A stretch of 63,416 bases of DNA, counting the filler, from Chrysochromulina tobinii (Eukaryota): the NCBI GenBank assembly GCA_001275005.1. It is 5 parts of 5 records of this genome, joined end to end, with 100 filler letters (N's around TTAATTAATTAA, not from the genome) between each part and the next. Parts side by side here need not be neighbours in the genome. Positions count along the whole stretch, not along the records: positions 1 to 23,052 come from JWZX01001326.1; 4 more parts are not named here. One strand, given 5' to 3'. The notes below the pieces were generated by a model. It ran no database searches. It saw nothing but the letters and a program-made list of their open reading frames with translations, and had not been told where the DNA came from. The position numbers and the translations under genes were made by a program. Shown here piece by piece: positions 12,164-23,052 of this stretch (within the stretch, counting starts at the first letter, position 1; each line of letters starts with the position of its first letter).

Positions 12164-12560
12164 CTCTTGTGTAGCTCTTTTGTGTGTGGACTCGATAGGT
12201 ACTACGCTTCCCACGGTCCTAATCCCGCGGATAGGTCTCAGGTCGTGGGCTTCGAGGAGGTCAGAGGGAAGGGGGAGGCGACCGAGGACCATGGACCGAT
12301 ATCGCTCTGAATCAAAGTTGAAAGTAACGAGGAAATTTCGCGACAGCTCACACGTAGACGAGGCGACTCTGCTCTCTGGCGTACTTTGGCGCCTTTTTGC
12401 TTTTTCGTTTTCTCGCGGTAGCCGTTACCCGGCCCGCTGCCGCTCGCCGTACTGTACGGCTGTCGTGGTGAAAAATACACGCATGCAAGTATTACAAAAG
12501 GTACAGTAAAAGGGATGCGTCCGTGAATGTTATATTTTCGAGGAACACATATCCGGAAGC

Positions 12561-13802
12561 ATGTTTTTGCGAGATCCTGCCATGATCAGCACGTCATTGC
12601 AGACTCTCTTGCTGTTCGTCACGGCCTACGCACGATTTGCGCATGCGCGCAGTAAACTTCTCGATGACCCTCGCGAGGTTAGCCGCCAACGTATGTTCTG
12701 GATAAATCTGCTGACGCCACCGGACGTTGTGAAACGTCTGCAGCACGCTGCAGGCATCGCGCTCTCAAGGGAGTCTTCGTGCGTCCCAACAGGTGGGTTG
12801 CTACTGACATATTCGAATGAATATCACGCGCCTTTCATGGAGCTCACTCGCCGAGGGCTCCACCGGAGCAGCCCGGATTGCAACGTCCTGCTTCGAGCCG
12901 TTGCCGTCTGCTTTGGCCACAGCAACAGCAGCATTTGCGTGCAGGCGCCAGCGGCTGCGGCGAGCGACCATCGGAAGCGGCAATATCACGAAATCATTTG
13001 GATAAAGTGGAACATTATTGATTTTGTATTCCAAGTGCCAGGTTGTGAATTTGTCTTCTTCTTTGACGCCGACGTGGTGCTCTTCCAAAACCCATTCCTC
13101 GCAATCGAGGCCGGGCTGCACGCCCCGCTGTCTCAGCTTGACTTCGGCATCATGTACCAACCCACGGGCCCTTGGGAAGGCGCTGTTGTGCGCCACCCAG
13201 CGATGCCAATCCCTGCACCGCCATCGCAAACTGCTGGCGGCGCTGCGGTGCTTCATAATCGTCGCCAGCATGACGCGGCCTCCAAAGGATACGGTCGTCC
13301 CATTTGTGGAGACGTGACCACGGTTCACCGAGGGCATGAGGTCAATAGCGGGCAAGTGCTCCTTAGAAGTCGCGATCTCTTGCGAATCATCGTGGACGCA
13401 AGGCCACTCGTTTTTCATGCTAGCAGCCAGCTTGACCAGCAGACTGTGAGCAAGATCTTGCGGCTGCAGCAGACCAGAAGATCAGTTCAAACCTCGAGAA
13501 CCGTCAGCACCGCCAAGTTGGGATCTGTGAACAAATCGCTGCCGTTCTTCAGTGAGCGTAACCGCTATCATGCATGTTTGCTGCCAGAGGGCTTCACGGA
13601 GCACTGCTGGTGCCGCAATAACGTCACGTGCGCAGTGGACAGCTGTTCGATGGTCAGCTATCACGCTACGTGCCTCTCGACCTTCTCGTACAAGTATGCA
13701 GGCGCCCTCGCTGCAATTGAGCGTTTCGAACATCCAGCCTGTCAGCGCTGGCGTCTGAAGCATCCTTTGCGGCCTCCACGATTGAGAGAGGCATTGCCCT
13801 AA
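12561..13802 (+). CDS. Nucleotide-diphospho-sugar transferase (GT77-like)
   Basis: N-terminal signal anchor; IIWIKW, FFFDADVVLFQNPF (DxD), VNSGQVLLR, LDQQTV, YHATC. Confidence 0.75.
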   Translation: MFLRDPAMISTSLQTLLLFVTAYARFAHARSKLLDDPREVSRQRMFWINLLTPPDVVKRLQHAAGIALSRESSCVPTGGLLLTYSNEYHAPFMELTRRGLHRSSPDCNVLLRAVAVCFGHSNSSICVQAPAAAASDHRKRQYHEIIWIKWNIIDFVFQVPGCEFVFFFDADVVLFQNPFLAIEAGLHAPLSQLDFGIMYQPTGPWEGAVVRHPAMPIPAPPSQTAGGAAVLHNRRQHDAASKGYGRPICGDVTTVHRGHEVNSGQVLLRSRDLLRIIVDARPLVFHASSQLDQQTVSKILRLQQTRRSVQTSRTVSTAKLGSVNKSLPFFSERNRYHACLLPEGFTEHCWCRNNVTCAVDSCSMVSYHATCLSTFSYKYAGALAAIERFEHPACQRWRLKHPLRPPRLREALP

Positions 13803-14137
13803 GGAATATCTCAACCAGATATCTCCTGACCGAAGACGATTTTATGCTCCACCTCAGGCATCTCACTACTCACAAAGCGAAGTGTTACTCTGATCACTGT
13901 ATGCTATACTGCTATACGAACTGCGATCGTATTACTACCTGCGATGTGGTGAAAAATGGGTGAGATATGCGTGACATATGGGTGAGATAATTCAGTGATT
14001 GACAGATGACACAGATGTTCGGCGGTAATTGAGGCAGGCCGACCGCCTAAGGGACCGCCCAGGTACGCCCAGGCAGGCCCGGTTAGTACATAGTAGGCCG
14101 TTTTATCTACAGATACCACGTGGGAGGGCCGCTCTCG

Positions 14138-14234
14138 TTTTGAAAGAGGGGGCTTCTTCGCAAACGACGGAGGACGGTATTTTGAATTTTGTTTTTGAAA
14201 GAGGGGGCTTCTTCGCAAACGACGGAGGACGGTA
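14138..14234. repeat. Direct repeat, 42 bp x2, separated by 13 nt
   Basis: ttttgaaagagggggcttcttcgcaaacgacggaggacggta at 14138-14179 and 14193-14234. Confidence 0.85.
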
Positions 14235-14798
14235 CGGTCGTTAGGCAACAGTCCAAGTCCGAAACCGCGGCCCCTCGCCACGCACGGACACGCACACCGG
14301 TGACGGCGATGGTCGCCGCACGGACGAAACCGCGTGCTTGCATATGGACCAGTAACGTTCCCGCACTCAGTCTGGAGCGTGTGACGTATGTCTGCCAGTG
14401 TCAGACTCAAGATTCAGGGTCATAGTGCGCGACGGGTTACGTCAAGGGTTCGTCAGTGTCATCAACTAATTAAAATCTCGGAGATTAAATCTGAATAATA
14501 TACGAGCAAGCCAGCAAATACCCAACGTCGTCTGCTGACATGAGGCTCAGTGGCGAAGTGTGCTTCGAATTTTTCACGGGAGCACGTGCTGTTTTTCGCG
14601 CCTCGCTCGTGAGTGAATACTCTCGCGAGCCATGGACGACGACGATTTGCTTGACGATTCGCACAGGAGCTGCTCACGCACGGCCGAGGTCGAGTCTCTG
14701 AAGGCGACTGTGAATGCCGAGTGTGAAGAGCGCATACGACTTCTTTATGACTTCTCTCGACGATCGGTCGATCGCCATACTTCAAGGGGGCGCTCCCC

Positions 14799-15635
14799 TC
14801 ACGTACGCCTCGCCGCCGCGCCCTGGCTGGGTGCCCAAGGGTGCGGCAACGCTCGAGGCGCGAGGGAGACGGACTCCCGCCCGTGCACGACGCCGCGGCC
14901 TGTTGAGTGCCCGCGGTGAAGCGACACTCTGTCATCTTCGTACGACTCGTCGTCCATGGCTAGGAACCGGGTTGAGCATTTTACGCTTCTTGCCATATCT
15001 AAAATGGGAGGAAGTTTATCCTTGATAGCGCACCATTTGCGTTGGCACTGACGTGGATGCCACTCCAAGGTCATCGTGTGAATCCGGTTGCACAGCTGCC
15101 CACGAAAGAGCAGGGCAGTCAGCAATTCAAATTCAGAGCCTTCCACATCCAATTTCATCAGTATGCGTGCATCTTTAGGCTCGAGGGCATTCAGCCAAGA
15201 CGGAAAGTCAATTTGGGTGAGATTAACGGCAGTGAGATTCACGCTTTTAACGGCGTGTTGGCTGGGGTCCACCTGGCTGGAGAAGCCCCAATCATTGTGC
15301 TTTTTCTCCATTTCTGTATTCTTGTAGTAGAATGTGATCGAGCTGTTGCTGATTCCCACCGGACTGCTGTAAATCACCATGTCTTTGTCCTTGAAATTAT
15401 GTCGGAGGCTGACGTGTCGATCGATGTGATTCATATTTGGTTCGAAGCCTCGATAGCAAACGTGACTACGATCACGGCCGAACATTTGGTCCATCAACGG
15501 AACCATTTTCAAACTTTTCGGAAAGTCAGTGCCGTTGTACAAGAAATGTGCGTTGAGGCCCACGTTTGCACCTACGTCCAGAAAGATGTGTCGGCACGTA
15601 TGATGCGTTCCTCTTCCTGTGCTGTTGAGTTGCAT
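14799..15635 (-). CDS. FkbM-family SAM-dependent methyltransferase (5' end may extend to ~15948 via a frameshift or intron)
   Basis: IFLDVGANVG, GFEPN, LMKLDVEGSEF, MTLEWH; upstream out-of-frame ORF 15526-15948 contains a hydrophobic anchor. Confidence 0.8.
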   Translation of the reverse strand: MQLNSTGRGTHHTCRHIFLDVGANVGLNAHFLYNGTDFPKSLKMVPLMDQMFGRDRSHVCYRGFEPNMNHIDRHVSLRHNFKDKDMVIYSSPVGISNSSITFYYKNTEMEKKHNDWGFSSQVDPSQHAVKSVNLTAVNLTQIDFPSWLNALEPKDARILMKLDVEGSEFELLTALLFRGQLCNRIHTMTLEWHPRQCQRKWCAIKDKLPPILDMARSVKCSTRFLAMDDESYEDDRVSLHRGHSTGRGVVHGRESVSLAPRALPHPWAPSQGAAARRT

Positions 15636-16080
15636 TTTTGCGTTGATCCTGGGACACAGATTTTGCTAGTGAGGACAGGATGTGGTGGCAACAGTAGCGG
15701 GGCTGGTCGAGACGCACCTCCCCAGCTCGGTTGCAAAAGAGGTCGCCACGACTAGCAAAAGCCTGCGTCAAAAGCATCATCCACCACGTGAGGACCATTC
15801 CCAAAGCAATTCGCGAGCTCGCGAGCACGCGCCACTCCGCAGAGCGCGTACCTTGCCAGCACGGACAGCCAGAACCGGAGAGCCATGGCGGACACCTCTT
15901 TGCGTATTTTGCGAACCTTGAGCGAGACAAAGGAGTAGTCCCCTCCATGTGAAATCAGCCCCTGGTGGCGGATTCTAGCTCATTGTAAAGATACGAGTCA
16001 CATCTTATCAATATCTTTAATCAGTGCATCGTGCATGCAAATGCCTCGTAATGCTACATGTACCGAAATAATATTTTGAT

Positions 16081-17160
16081 TTGTTTTGTCAATATATAAT
16101 GAATGAAACCGGCCGTGGTTGGATTCTCGAGGGCGGTTTTCCGGTTGGACGAGGGCAGGCCTACAAACACGCTGGCATGGACAAGAGCTGCGGGCTTGCA
16201 GCCGGGGACCTGGAGCAGTACCATACACAGGGCTTTATCGCGTTCAAGCCCTGCTCGCTGGTCACGGGACAACTTGATGCTGCTGCGCGGTTCACATTGC
16301 ACCTCGCGGGTAAAGTCGCGCGGTCACTCAAGCCAATTATGCCCAAGCTCGGGGACGGCTACCACTTCCCTGAGCTTGGCATCACCCGCAGCTGGATTCA
16401 AGACGGTTTTATGAACGCGTGGAAGGAGAGCCAGGCGGTCCACGAGATTGCCATCAACGAGGAAGTGCGGCGTGCGATCGCACAGCTGCACGGTGGGCGG
16501 GTGGCATGGCCAATCCAGACGAAGAACTGGCTGATCGGCTCGATGACGCCCGCCCATGCCGACATCATCTTCTATGACACGCTACCGCGGCGCGGGCTCC
16601 TCGTGGGCACATGGGTCGCTCTTGAGGACATCAATGCCTCGGCGGGGCCACTCCTCATGTGGCCTGCGAGCCATAAAGCGAGCCTGTGGGATATGGAAGC
16701 AATCGGCCTCGCGCAGAATGCTTCCAAGAGCAAGACAGGCGGCGACACCGCTAACGACACCGCCGCTTATCCCTATGCGCGCTCCGGGCCCCTCCGCTCA
16801 GCGTACACCCGTTATGCGACTTCGCTGCACCGCAAGCTCCAATCGTCGAATCTTCCCCCGCCAGTGCCCATGCTCATCTGCAAAGGGACGATGCTGGTGT
16901 GGGCGGCAAACACCATCCATGGCGGCGCTAACGTGACTGATTTCACACGCACTCGCCATTCCATCACCACCCACTACTTGCTCGAGGGCTTCGAAAAGGT
17001 GTGGAACCCCCTCTCTTCCGTCGGTGCGTCCAAGCTCGTCGCAAGTGCGGCCGTGGTCATCCCTCACACGCAGACACCATTGGCGAAGCCGCTCACCGCG
17101 AGTGATGGCAAGGTCCCCGAGCGCATCCTCGCAGCCCACTGGCGCAAAAGAACTTATTAG
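16081..17160 (+). CDS. Phytanoyl-CoA dioxygenase (PhyH)-family Fe(II)/2-oxoglutarate dioxygenase
   Basis: HxD motif PAHAD, VGTWVALEDINASAGPLLMWPASH, distal His in TIHGG, TRHSITTHY. Confidence 0.85.
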   Translation: MFCQYIMNETGRGWILEGGFPVGRGQAYKHAGMDKSCGLAAGDLEQYHTQGFIAFKPCSLVTGQLDAAARFTLHLAGKVARSLKPIMPKLGDGYHFPELGITRSWIQDGFMNAWKESQAVHEIAINEEVRRAIAQLHGGRVAWPIQTKNWLIGSMTPAHADIIFYDTLPRRGLLVGTWVALEDINASAGPLLMWPASHKASLWDMEAIGLAQNASKSKTGGDTANDTAAYPYARSGPLRSAYTRYATSLHRKLQSSNLPPPVPMLICKGTMLVWAANTIHGGANVTDFTRTRHSITTHYLLEGFEKVWNPLSSVGASKLVASAAVVIPHTQTPLAKPLTASDGKVPERILAAHWRKRTY

Positions 17161-17403
17161 CCCCACCACTGCGCGAACCGAACGAGACTGATGATTTACG
17201 TTTAGAACACACGCAGCACGCGGCGACCGCAGCGCCGGCCCGACGGCCGAGTGTCGTTTACGTCTAGGACGGCGATTGATACGTCGGATGTAGCCTCATC
17301 CGGATCGTTGCCCCCCGATCGGCGATCCATCGGATTCCACCGCGCCATCATGCCTCGAATATGAAAACTGACGTGTAATTTTCTTTTTCTGCCCGCTTCG
17401 TTC

Positions 17404-19179
17404 ATGCCGTTGCCGCCAGTCACCAACGCATCGCTGAAAAGCTGCGCGGCGACACCCGTGCGCTGCCTCGACGGCCAGCCACCTGGTGCCGATTGCGACT
17501 GTGTGCGCATCAAGTGGCAGGGATGCGTGAGTGCGGGAAACTCTCTGGGCGGCAGAAACTTGACAGCTGGGTCGCTCACGTATTTCATCCGCAATGCAAC
17601 GCTGCTGCCATGTCTTTGGAACCGCACACTTGGCCGCTGCACCGGTCCGCCCATCATCATCCACAATGCCAGTCACGTGCTCAAAAACATCCAAATGGAG
17701 CGTGCGAGCACTTTGTACACCAAGAGCTGCGGCGCTCGCCCAAGATCTGACAACGTGTTCTGGCGGCAGAGGTGGGATCAGAGATCGCTGGAGCCCACGT
17801 TCAGGACGGGCGAGATGCTGCCCATGGCGGACGATGTCGACCTCGTACTCCTTGTCAACGAGTGGGGGCTGACAAGCATAGGCCACGGTGTCACTGACAA
17901 CCTATTCCCTATTGCGATGACAGCACATATCCTGCTCGGCGTGGCACTGCAAGCCATGGCTGCTTCAGCGGTCGGCGCTCGTGTGCGCACCTACGTGCTC
18001 GATAGCAACGGCTATGAGTCCGAGGCTATGCTTGCGACGGACAACGGATCGAACCGCCTCGCTGTCCCGTGGCATTTCATACATGGCATGCAGCGTACCA
18101 TTTTGGGCCATGAGCTCGAGTCCGCCGACAAGATACGGCCCGCGCGCTACCGCCGCATCGGCATCGGCTTTTGGATGGGTGCGCAGTCGGTAACTGTGCA
18201 CTTCCCCGCGCTTGGCCTCTACCAGCTGCGCCGCGAGGCCCACGCAGAATTGCTCTGGCGCGAGTTTGCGGCGACGGCGCGCGCCAACCTCGCCGTCGCG
18301 GATGCATCCACGGCAGACACATCTGCGAGCGCATCGGCGAGTGCCGGCGACATCGCTGCTGCTGCTGCTGCTGCGATGCACAGAGGCCCGCGCGCGAATC
18401 GCTACGGCGTGTGGCTGCGTCGACGTCCGGGACCTCACGACGGCGGAGCACAACGCGCTTGGACGGCGAGCCAGTACGCGGCTTTGCGCGCCGCCGCCTG
18501 CCCAGCGTCAGGCACGCCAGCAGGATCCCGGGGGTCCTTGGCAGTCCCGACGGCCACCACAAGAGCTGCAGCCGCTTCTGCGCCATCGTGCTGGCTCGTC
18601 GAGCAGGACATGAGCGGACTGACGCTGCAGCAGCAGGCGAACGCGATGCGCCACGCACGCCTCGCGGGATCCTTTGAGGGCTCTGGCTTCGTCAACATGC
18701 TCTTCATGCCGCCAGGTGGGGCCGTGCTCATCTTCGACACCGCGCAGCGCTGTTTGTGCGGCTTCGTTTGGGGCCCGCTGCAGTACCTCCATGCGCACTA
18801 CATCCACGCGCTGGCGCACACTCGTAAGCTCTCCGACGACCATGCGAAGGCCGTCGGCCATCTGCTGCACTTGGCGTGGCGCGATGGCACTGCGGCTGTT
18901 TGTAGGCACACGAGGAATGATACCAATCTCACAATCGTCACGCGTCCGCATTGTGGGCCGCCGACGGAACCCAATGTCACAGAGCCAGCCACGAGCTACG
19001 ATCGCACTGGGGGGTGTCGTGCCATCACGCAGCACGCCAGCCGCCGCGTGCCGGCACGCTCGCAGCGTCCGACTACGGGCGCCACGGCCTATCCTGAACA
19101 GCCAGCTGCAGTGAGGGCGGCGTGGGAAGCGGCGAGCAATGACGCACAGTGGGGCAACCCAGAGCCAGACCAGCCCTGA
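17404..19179 (+). CDS. GT61-family glycosyltransferase
   Basis: GHGVTDNLFP and LTLQQQANAMRHARLAGSFEGSGFVNMLFMPPGGAVL match the GT61 signature (H/E-G-A/S-G-L/F-x-N-x-L-F-M-P-P-G). Confidence 0.75.
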   Translation: MPLPPVTNASLKSCAATPVRCLDGQPPGADCDCVRIKWQGCVSAGNSLGGRNLTAGSLTYFIRNATLLPCLWNRTLGRCTGPPIIIHNASHVLKNIQMERASTLYTKSCGARPRSDNVFWRQRWDQRSLEPTFRTGEMLPMADDVDLVLLVNEWGLTSIGHGVTDNLFPIAMTAHILLGVALQAMAASAVGARVRTYVLDSNGYESEAMLATDNGSNRLAVPWHFIHGMQRTILGHELESADKIRPARYRRIGIGFWMGAQSVTVHFPALGLYQLRREAHAELLWREFAATARANLAVADASTADTSASASASAGDIAAAAAAAMHRGPRANRYGVWLRRRPGPHDGGAQRAWTASQYAALRAAACPASGTPAGSRGSLAVPTATTRAAAASAPSCWLVEQDMSGLTLQQQANAMRHARLAGSFEGSGFVNMLFMPPGGAVLIFDTAQRCLCGFVWGPLQYLHAHYIHALAHTRKLSDDHAKAVGHLLHLAWRDGTAAVCRHTRNDTNLTIVTRPHCGPPTEPNVTEPATSYDRTGGCRAITQHASRRVPARSQRPTTGATAYPEQPAAVRAAWEAASNDAQWGNPEPDQP

Positions 19180-19473
19180 ACTTTACCACGTATGTCTGTA
19201 ACAGTATAATAACAGTCGGTATAATAACAATAATAACAGTCGTTTGCTTTATTTTCAGAAGTCTGCAAAATGCCGTTGTCCGATTTGTTTGCATCGTTTG
19301 CGATGGATATGTATGAATGTGATCAGAGTGTAGCATGCAAGCATAGCAAAAGCATGCAACTTGCATGCAACTCTTCTTCACGGGAAGGGTTTGAAAGTCG
19401 TTTGCAGCAGTCGTTGATGAGCAACGTGGCAAGGCGCTCAAAAACCTGATCCTGGGTCTCTATACTTCGCAAA

Positions 19474-21321
19474 ATGCCATCATCTGACCTGTTTGCCGCG
19501 CTTCATCATGCGGCGATAGTCACGCCATTTTGCTCGACACCCTTTCACACGCCGAACTGCGCAGTGTGCGAACAGTACAAGTGCAGGCAACAGTTCGAGT
19601 ATAACAGTGTAGAGCAGCCTCTGGTCTTGCTGGACTGCATCACGACACCACCGGCGACATGGAGATCTGACTTCGTGCACACCTTCGTCGTAGCTGAGGA
19701 CGACCTTCCGCCTAACATCGGCGGATTAAGCGTGGACTGGGAGCAATACATTCAAGATGGTGGTGCAACGGCGAATCAGGGCGGCTGGTGGGTGCACAAG
19801 CCTCCAGGGCGGATCGCGCTGGTGGGCAGTGGCACATGCGGCCCGTTTTGTAATATCGCGAAGAGTGTGGCGCTGTACTTGGCAGGGCACTTCGGCCCTG
19901 CGCTAGACCATCTGGCCGTCGTGGACGTGGGCGCCGGCGTCGGCTCGTTTGCCGCGTGCCTGAGCTCGATGCACGGGGTCGGTACTACCATGTCCGTGTC
20001 CCCGTTGGAACCGGGGCAGAACGAGCACGGTGGGCAGGAGGCCGGTCAGACGTTCTTGGCTGCGCAGCGCGGCGTGCCGCTACTCATCGACTACGCTTCC
20101 AGTGACCGACAGCTGCCGCTGCAATCTGCGAGTGTTCACGCGGTCTTTTCTTGCTACGGCGCAGGTGGCGCGTTCAAAAGCCACCACTGGTTCTGGTATG
20201 AGGTGAGCCGTCTCCTCAAGCCAGGCGGGTTTCTGATCCTCGAGGGCCACATCAGATCACATACCAGCAATCCCGTTCCAAAGAACCTCACTCAGTTTTG
20301 CATGGTGCCGGCGCCGGCACCGCTCACCTACGAGAATCGCTGGTTCAATGGCAAGTGGATGAGGTACCGAGGGCAGCTCAGAGCATATCGCCGCCTATCT
20401 GTGCTAGAGTGCGACCTCGACGCCACCCGCGTGTGCCGAGAGGGACCGGCTCATCCTGACAAGGTGAGAGAGTGCATAGCTCCCGCTCGTCCCAAGCGAC
20501 GCAGCCACACCGCAGCAGCTCGTGCGGCCTGGCACCAACTCCTCGAGGCCATGGAGCCATGGATGCGTCTCCCACCTTCCGAGATCCAGAGACTCAAAGA
20601 GGATGACGAAACATGGACGCTTCAACCGCCCGCAAATACATCGCGAGAGCATCTGTTGCGCGTGGCGCTCGACGTCGTCCCCGTCCCGCCAGCGAACGCC
20701 TCACGAGCTGTCACTGTACTCGCCATCAACGCCACGGACACGGCATTCGTGCAGGCCTTGCGGGAACGGGCACTGGCGTATTGGGGCATCGAGCCAGCCA
20801 GCATCCGCCCGATGTGGACGACACCTCACATGCATGCAGCGAACTCTCTTGATGGCGCGCTCGTGCACTCTCCGTGCTTGCAGTCGTTCCCTTTCCACCC
20901 ACGCGCGTTCGACATTGTGCTAATCCCGAACGCGCTTGCACAAGTGGAGCACTGTGAGCGTGAATGGACGACTCAGAGCAGTCGCATGGCATCTACGCGT
21001 CCCAAGCACGAGCCCCGCGTCAGCGGCTGGTGGCATCTGATGCTGGAACTCCTCCGTGTGCTCCGTCCTGGGCCACTCGGGCTCCTGGTGCTGACAGGCG
21101 ATGCCTCCTTTGAGCTGCATTTTCAGGAAGGGCTGCGAAGGCTGCGAGCCGCAACGGGGCGTACGCCATCCCCGTCGGGCACACGGCGGCCCCTTGCAGA
21201 GCCGGCTGTAGATAGCTCAGCTGGAGTCCTTGGTGCGCTCAACGTGAGCATCCTCGGATGCGTCACGCGAGGGCCATTCTGCGCGTGCGTGCTCCGTAGC
21301 AAAGGGAATGCGCGCCGATGA
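19474..21321 (+). CDS. Double-Rossmann SAM methyltransferase resembling plant PMT/QUASIMODO2-type (Methyltransf_29)
   Basis: VVDVGAGVGSFAACL, TMSVSP, FLAAQRGVP, QLPLQSASV, EVSRLLKPGG; second half HSPCLQSFPFHPRAFD and LELLRVLRPG. Confidence 0.75.
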   Translation: MPSSDLFAALHHAAIVTPFCSTPFHTPNCAVCEQYKCRQQFEYNSVEQPLVLLDCITTPPATWRSDFVHTFVVAEDDLPPNIGGLSVDWEQYIQDGGATANQGGWWVHKPPGRIALVGSGTCGPFCNIAKSVALYLAGHFGPALDHLAVVDVGAGVGSFAACLSSMHGVGTTMSVSPLEPGQNEHGGQEAGQTFLAAQRGVPLLIDYASSDRQLPLQSASVHAVFSCYGAGGAFKSHHWFWYEVSRLLKPGGFLILEGHIRSHTSNPVPKNLTQFCMVPAPAPLTYENRWFNGKWMRYRGQLRAYRRLSVLECDLDATRVCREGPAHPDKVRECIAPARPKRRSHTAAARAAWHQLLEAMEPWMRLPPSEIQRLKEDDETWTLQPPANTSREHLLRVALDVVPVPPANASRAVTVLAINATDTAFVQALRERALAYWGIEPASIRPMWTTPHMHAANSLDGALVHSPCLQSFPFHPRAFDIVLIPNALAQVEHCEREWTTQSSRMASTRPKHEPRVSGWWHLMLELLRVLRPGPLGLLVLTGDASFELHFQEGLRRLRAATGRTPSPSGTRRPLAEPAVDSSAGVLGALNVSILGCVTRGPFCACVLRSKGNARR

Positions 21322-21627
21322 CCCCCGCAACCCCAACTGGAGCGGGCCACCCTACTCCCCAGCGGCCGGAGTTTGAGTTGGGCCTGTGTCGTAAATACTG
21401 CTCGCGCTGCGGCATGCATGCAAGCGTCTCTCCGTCCATCCACAGTTTGTGTTCGAAGTTTGTGTCTATGTGAGGACGAGGTCAGGTTCAATATTCTAGG
21501 AGACTCAGATGATAATTATCCATGGACGGGAGATAACAACGAAGGACGATATTATACAGATTTTCCTACAGATTTGAGATGAGGGCGTACAACCAACAAC
21601 GTGTTGATCCAGTGCACTGCAGGTCCC

Positions 21628-22854
21628 TCACCTGTATCCACTGCCAGGAGTGGACGAGGCTTCACGACCGGACAACATCTCGACGAGGCGGCGCGTCGTC
21701 CAGTGGCGGCTGCCGACCGAGCGCGCGACCAATCCATGCAAGCTCGTGATTTGCTCATGAACTGCCAATGCCTCTGCGGCATCCTTTCTCCTCTGCGCGG
21801 ACTTACCTGCCTTGCCCGCCTCGTCGAGCATCATCCAGCGTTTGTCAAGGTTGAGAACGTGCTGCTCGACCACGCGCTCCCACGCCCGGCCCGAGGCCAC
21901 ACCCTGCGAGGCTGGCCCCGGGAGCACTTGCTCTGCAGACCAAGAGCTCGAGCAGTGCGCACACCACCAGCGCGCGTCCGCCTCGCTCCCACGCGGGACA
22001 GCATAATGGACCGGCACGCCCGCCGCCGAGAAGGCGACAGGCTCGGGCAGCTCGTGCTCGCCGCGCGTGCGTGGGTGGCAGCCCGGGCATGGCACGTGGC
22101 GCAGCGGGTCGGATGGGTCAGTACAGCGCGAGCATCGACATGAGAAGCACTTGCTGCTGAGGAGCGCCTGTCGGCGCGCTGGCGTGGACATGAAGCCGCT
22201 GTAGTCGCCCAGGTAGTTGGTGGTGAGGCACTCACCCAGCGCCACGTCCCGACGCGCGACAAAGGAGCCGAGCCCGCTGTGGGTTTGGGATGAGTAGCGC
22301 ACGTTGGAGTCGCACGAATGCGCCATAGTGCACCCGGCTTCGAAGAGTGCGATCCGATTGCCACGAAAGCAATACCCATTGAGCTGGAAGATGAGGCACA
22401 CGCGGGTGAGCGCCGTGTCGGACAGCCTGCTGGCGGCAACTCGCCACGGTAGCTTCGCGCATAAAGCCACTTCACGCTGTGCATCGGCATACACCTCGTC
22501 GTATGCCAAAGTCCCACTCTCGCCAGCAAACATGGACAGCACGACGACTTGCGTGGTACGAGGCGCGCTGCAGAATTCGCGCAGGCACGATGTTGCCCAT
22601 CCTGGATCGTTGTTGCCATGATCGGCCGACTCGCCTGAAATTAGTGGCAGCTCATCCAGAACGATCTCACCTTCTCGGATCGTACGCGTGGCAATCAGAT
22701 GATATCCCAGTGCATTGCTATACCGCCGTTCCCAGGTGCCGATGCCGCGGGACGAGGATCCAAAGAAAGTCCACTCGGTTTGGCCGTCCTGCTTGCCGCA
22801 CGTGCATATGGCCGCGGCGCTGTCCCTAAAGCCGATCGCACCGACGTCTAACAT
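21628..22854 (-). CDS. SET-domain (SMYD-like) lysine methyltransferase
   Basis: GYHLIATRTIREGEIV, AHSCDSNV, ARRDVALGECLTTNY, post-SET CFSCRCSRC and further CxxC pairs. Confidence 0.85.
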   Translation of the reverse strand: MLDVGAIGFRDSAAAICTCGKQDGQTEWTFFGSSSRGIGTWERRYSNALGYHLIATRTIREGEIVLDELPLISGESADHGNNDPGWATSCLREFCSAPRTTQVVVLSMFAGESGTLAYDEVYADAQREVALCAKLPWRVAASRLSDTALTRVCLIFQLNGYCFRGNRIALFEAGCTMAHSCDSNVRYSSQTHSGLGSFVARRDVALGECLTTNYLGDYSGFMSTPARRQALLSSKCFSCRCSRCTDPSDPLRHVPCPGCHPRTRGEHELPEPVAFSAAGVPVHYAVPRGSEADARWWCAHCSSSWSAEQVLPGPASQGVASGRAWERVVEQHVLNLDKRWMMLDEAGKAGKSAQRRKDAAEALAVHEQITSLHGLVARSVGSRHWTTRRLVEMLSGREASSTPGSGYR

Positions 22855-23052
22855 GACGTTGACGCTCCGGTATGGAGCGTTGTCTTGAACACTTTTTTAC
22901 ATGAAGGGGGCCGAGCCTTCCTGTACAGTACCGTATGTCACCTTTACCTTCGAATTTCCTCCCGGAGCGCTGCATGCATTTCTCGTCCTTACATCCATAC
23001 AGTCGATCGCATTCGTTCTGAGAGGGGGGGGGGGGGGGGGGGGGGGGGGGGC

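Noticed and set aside
14138..14234. CRISPR-like direct repeats
   Set aside because: Only two copies, a 13-nt spacer, no cas genes, and a eukaryotic context.
23022..23052. Poly-G tract as a G-quadruplex element
   Set aside because: It sits at a contig end, where poly-G is a common sequencing artefact.
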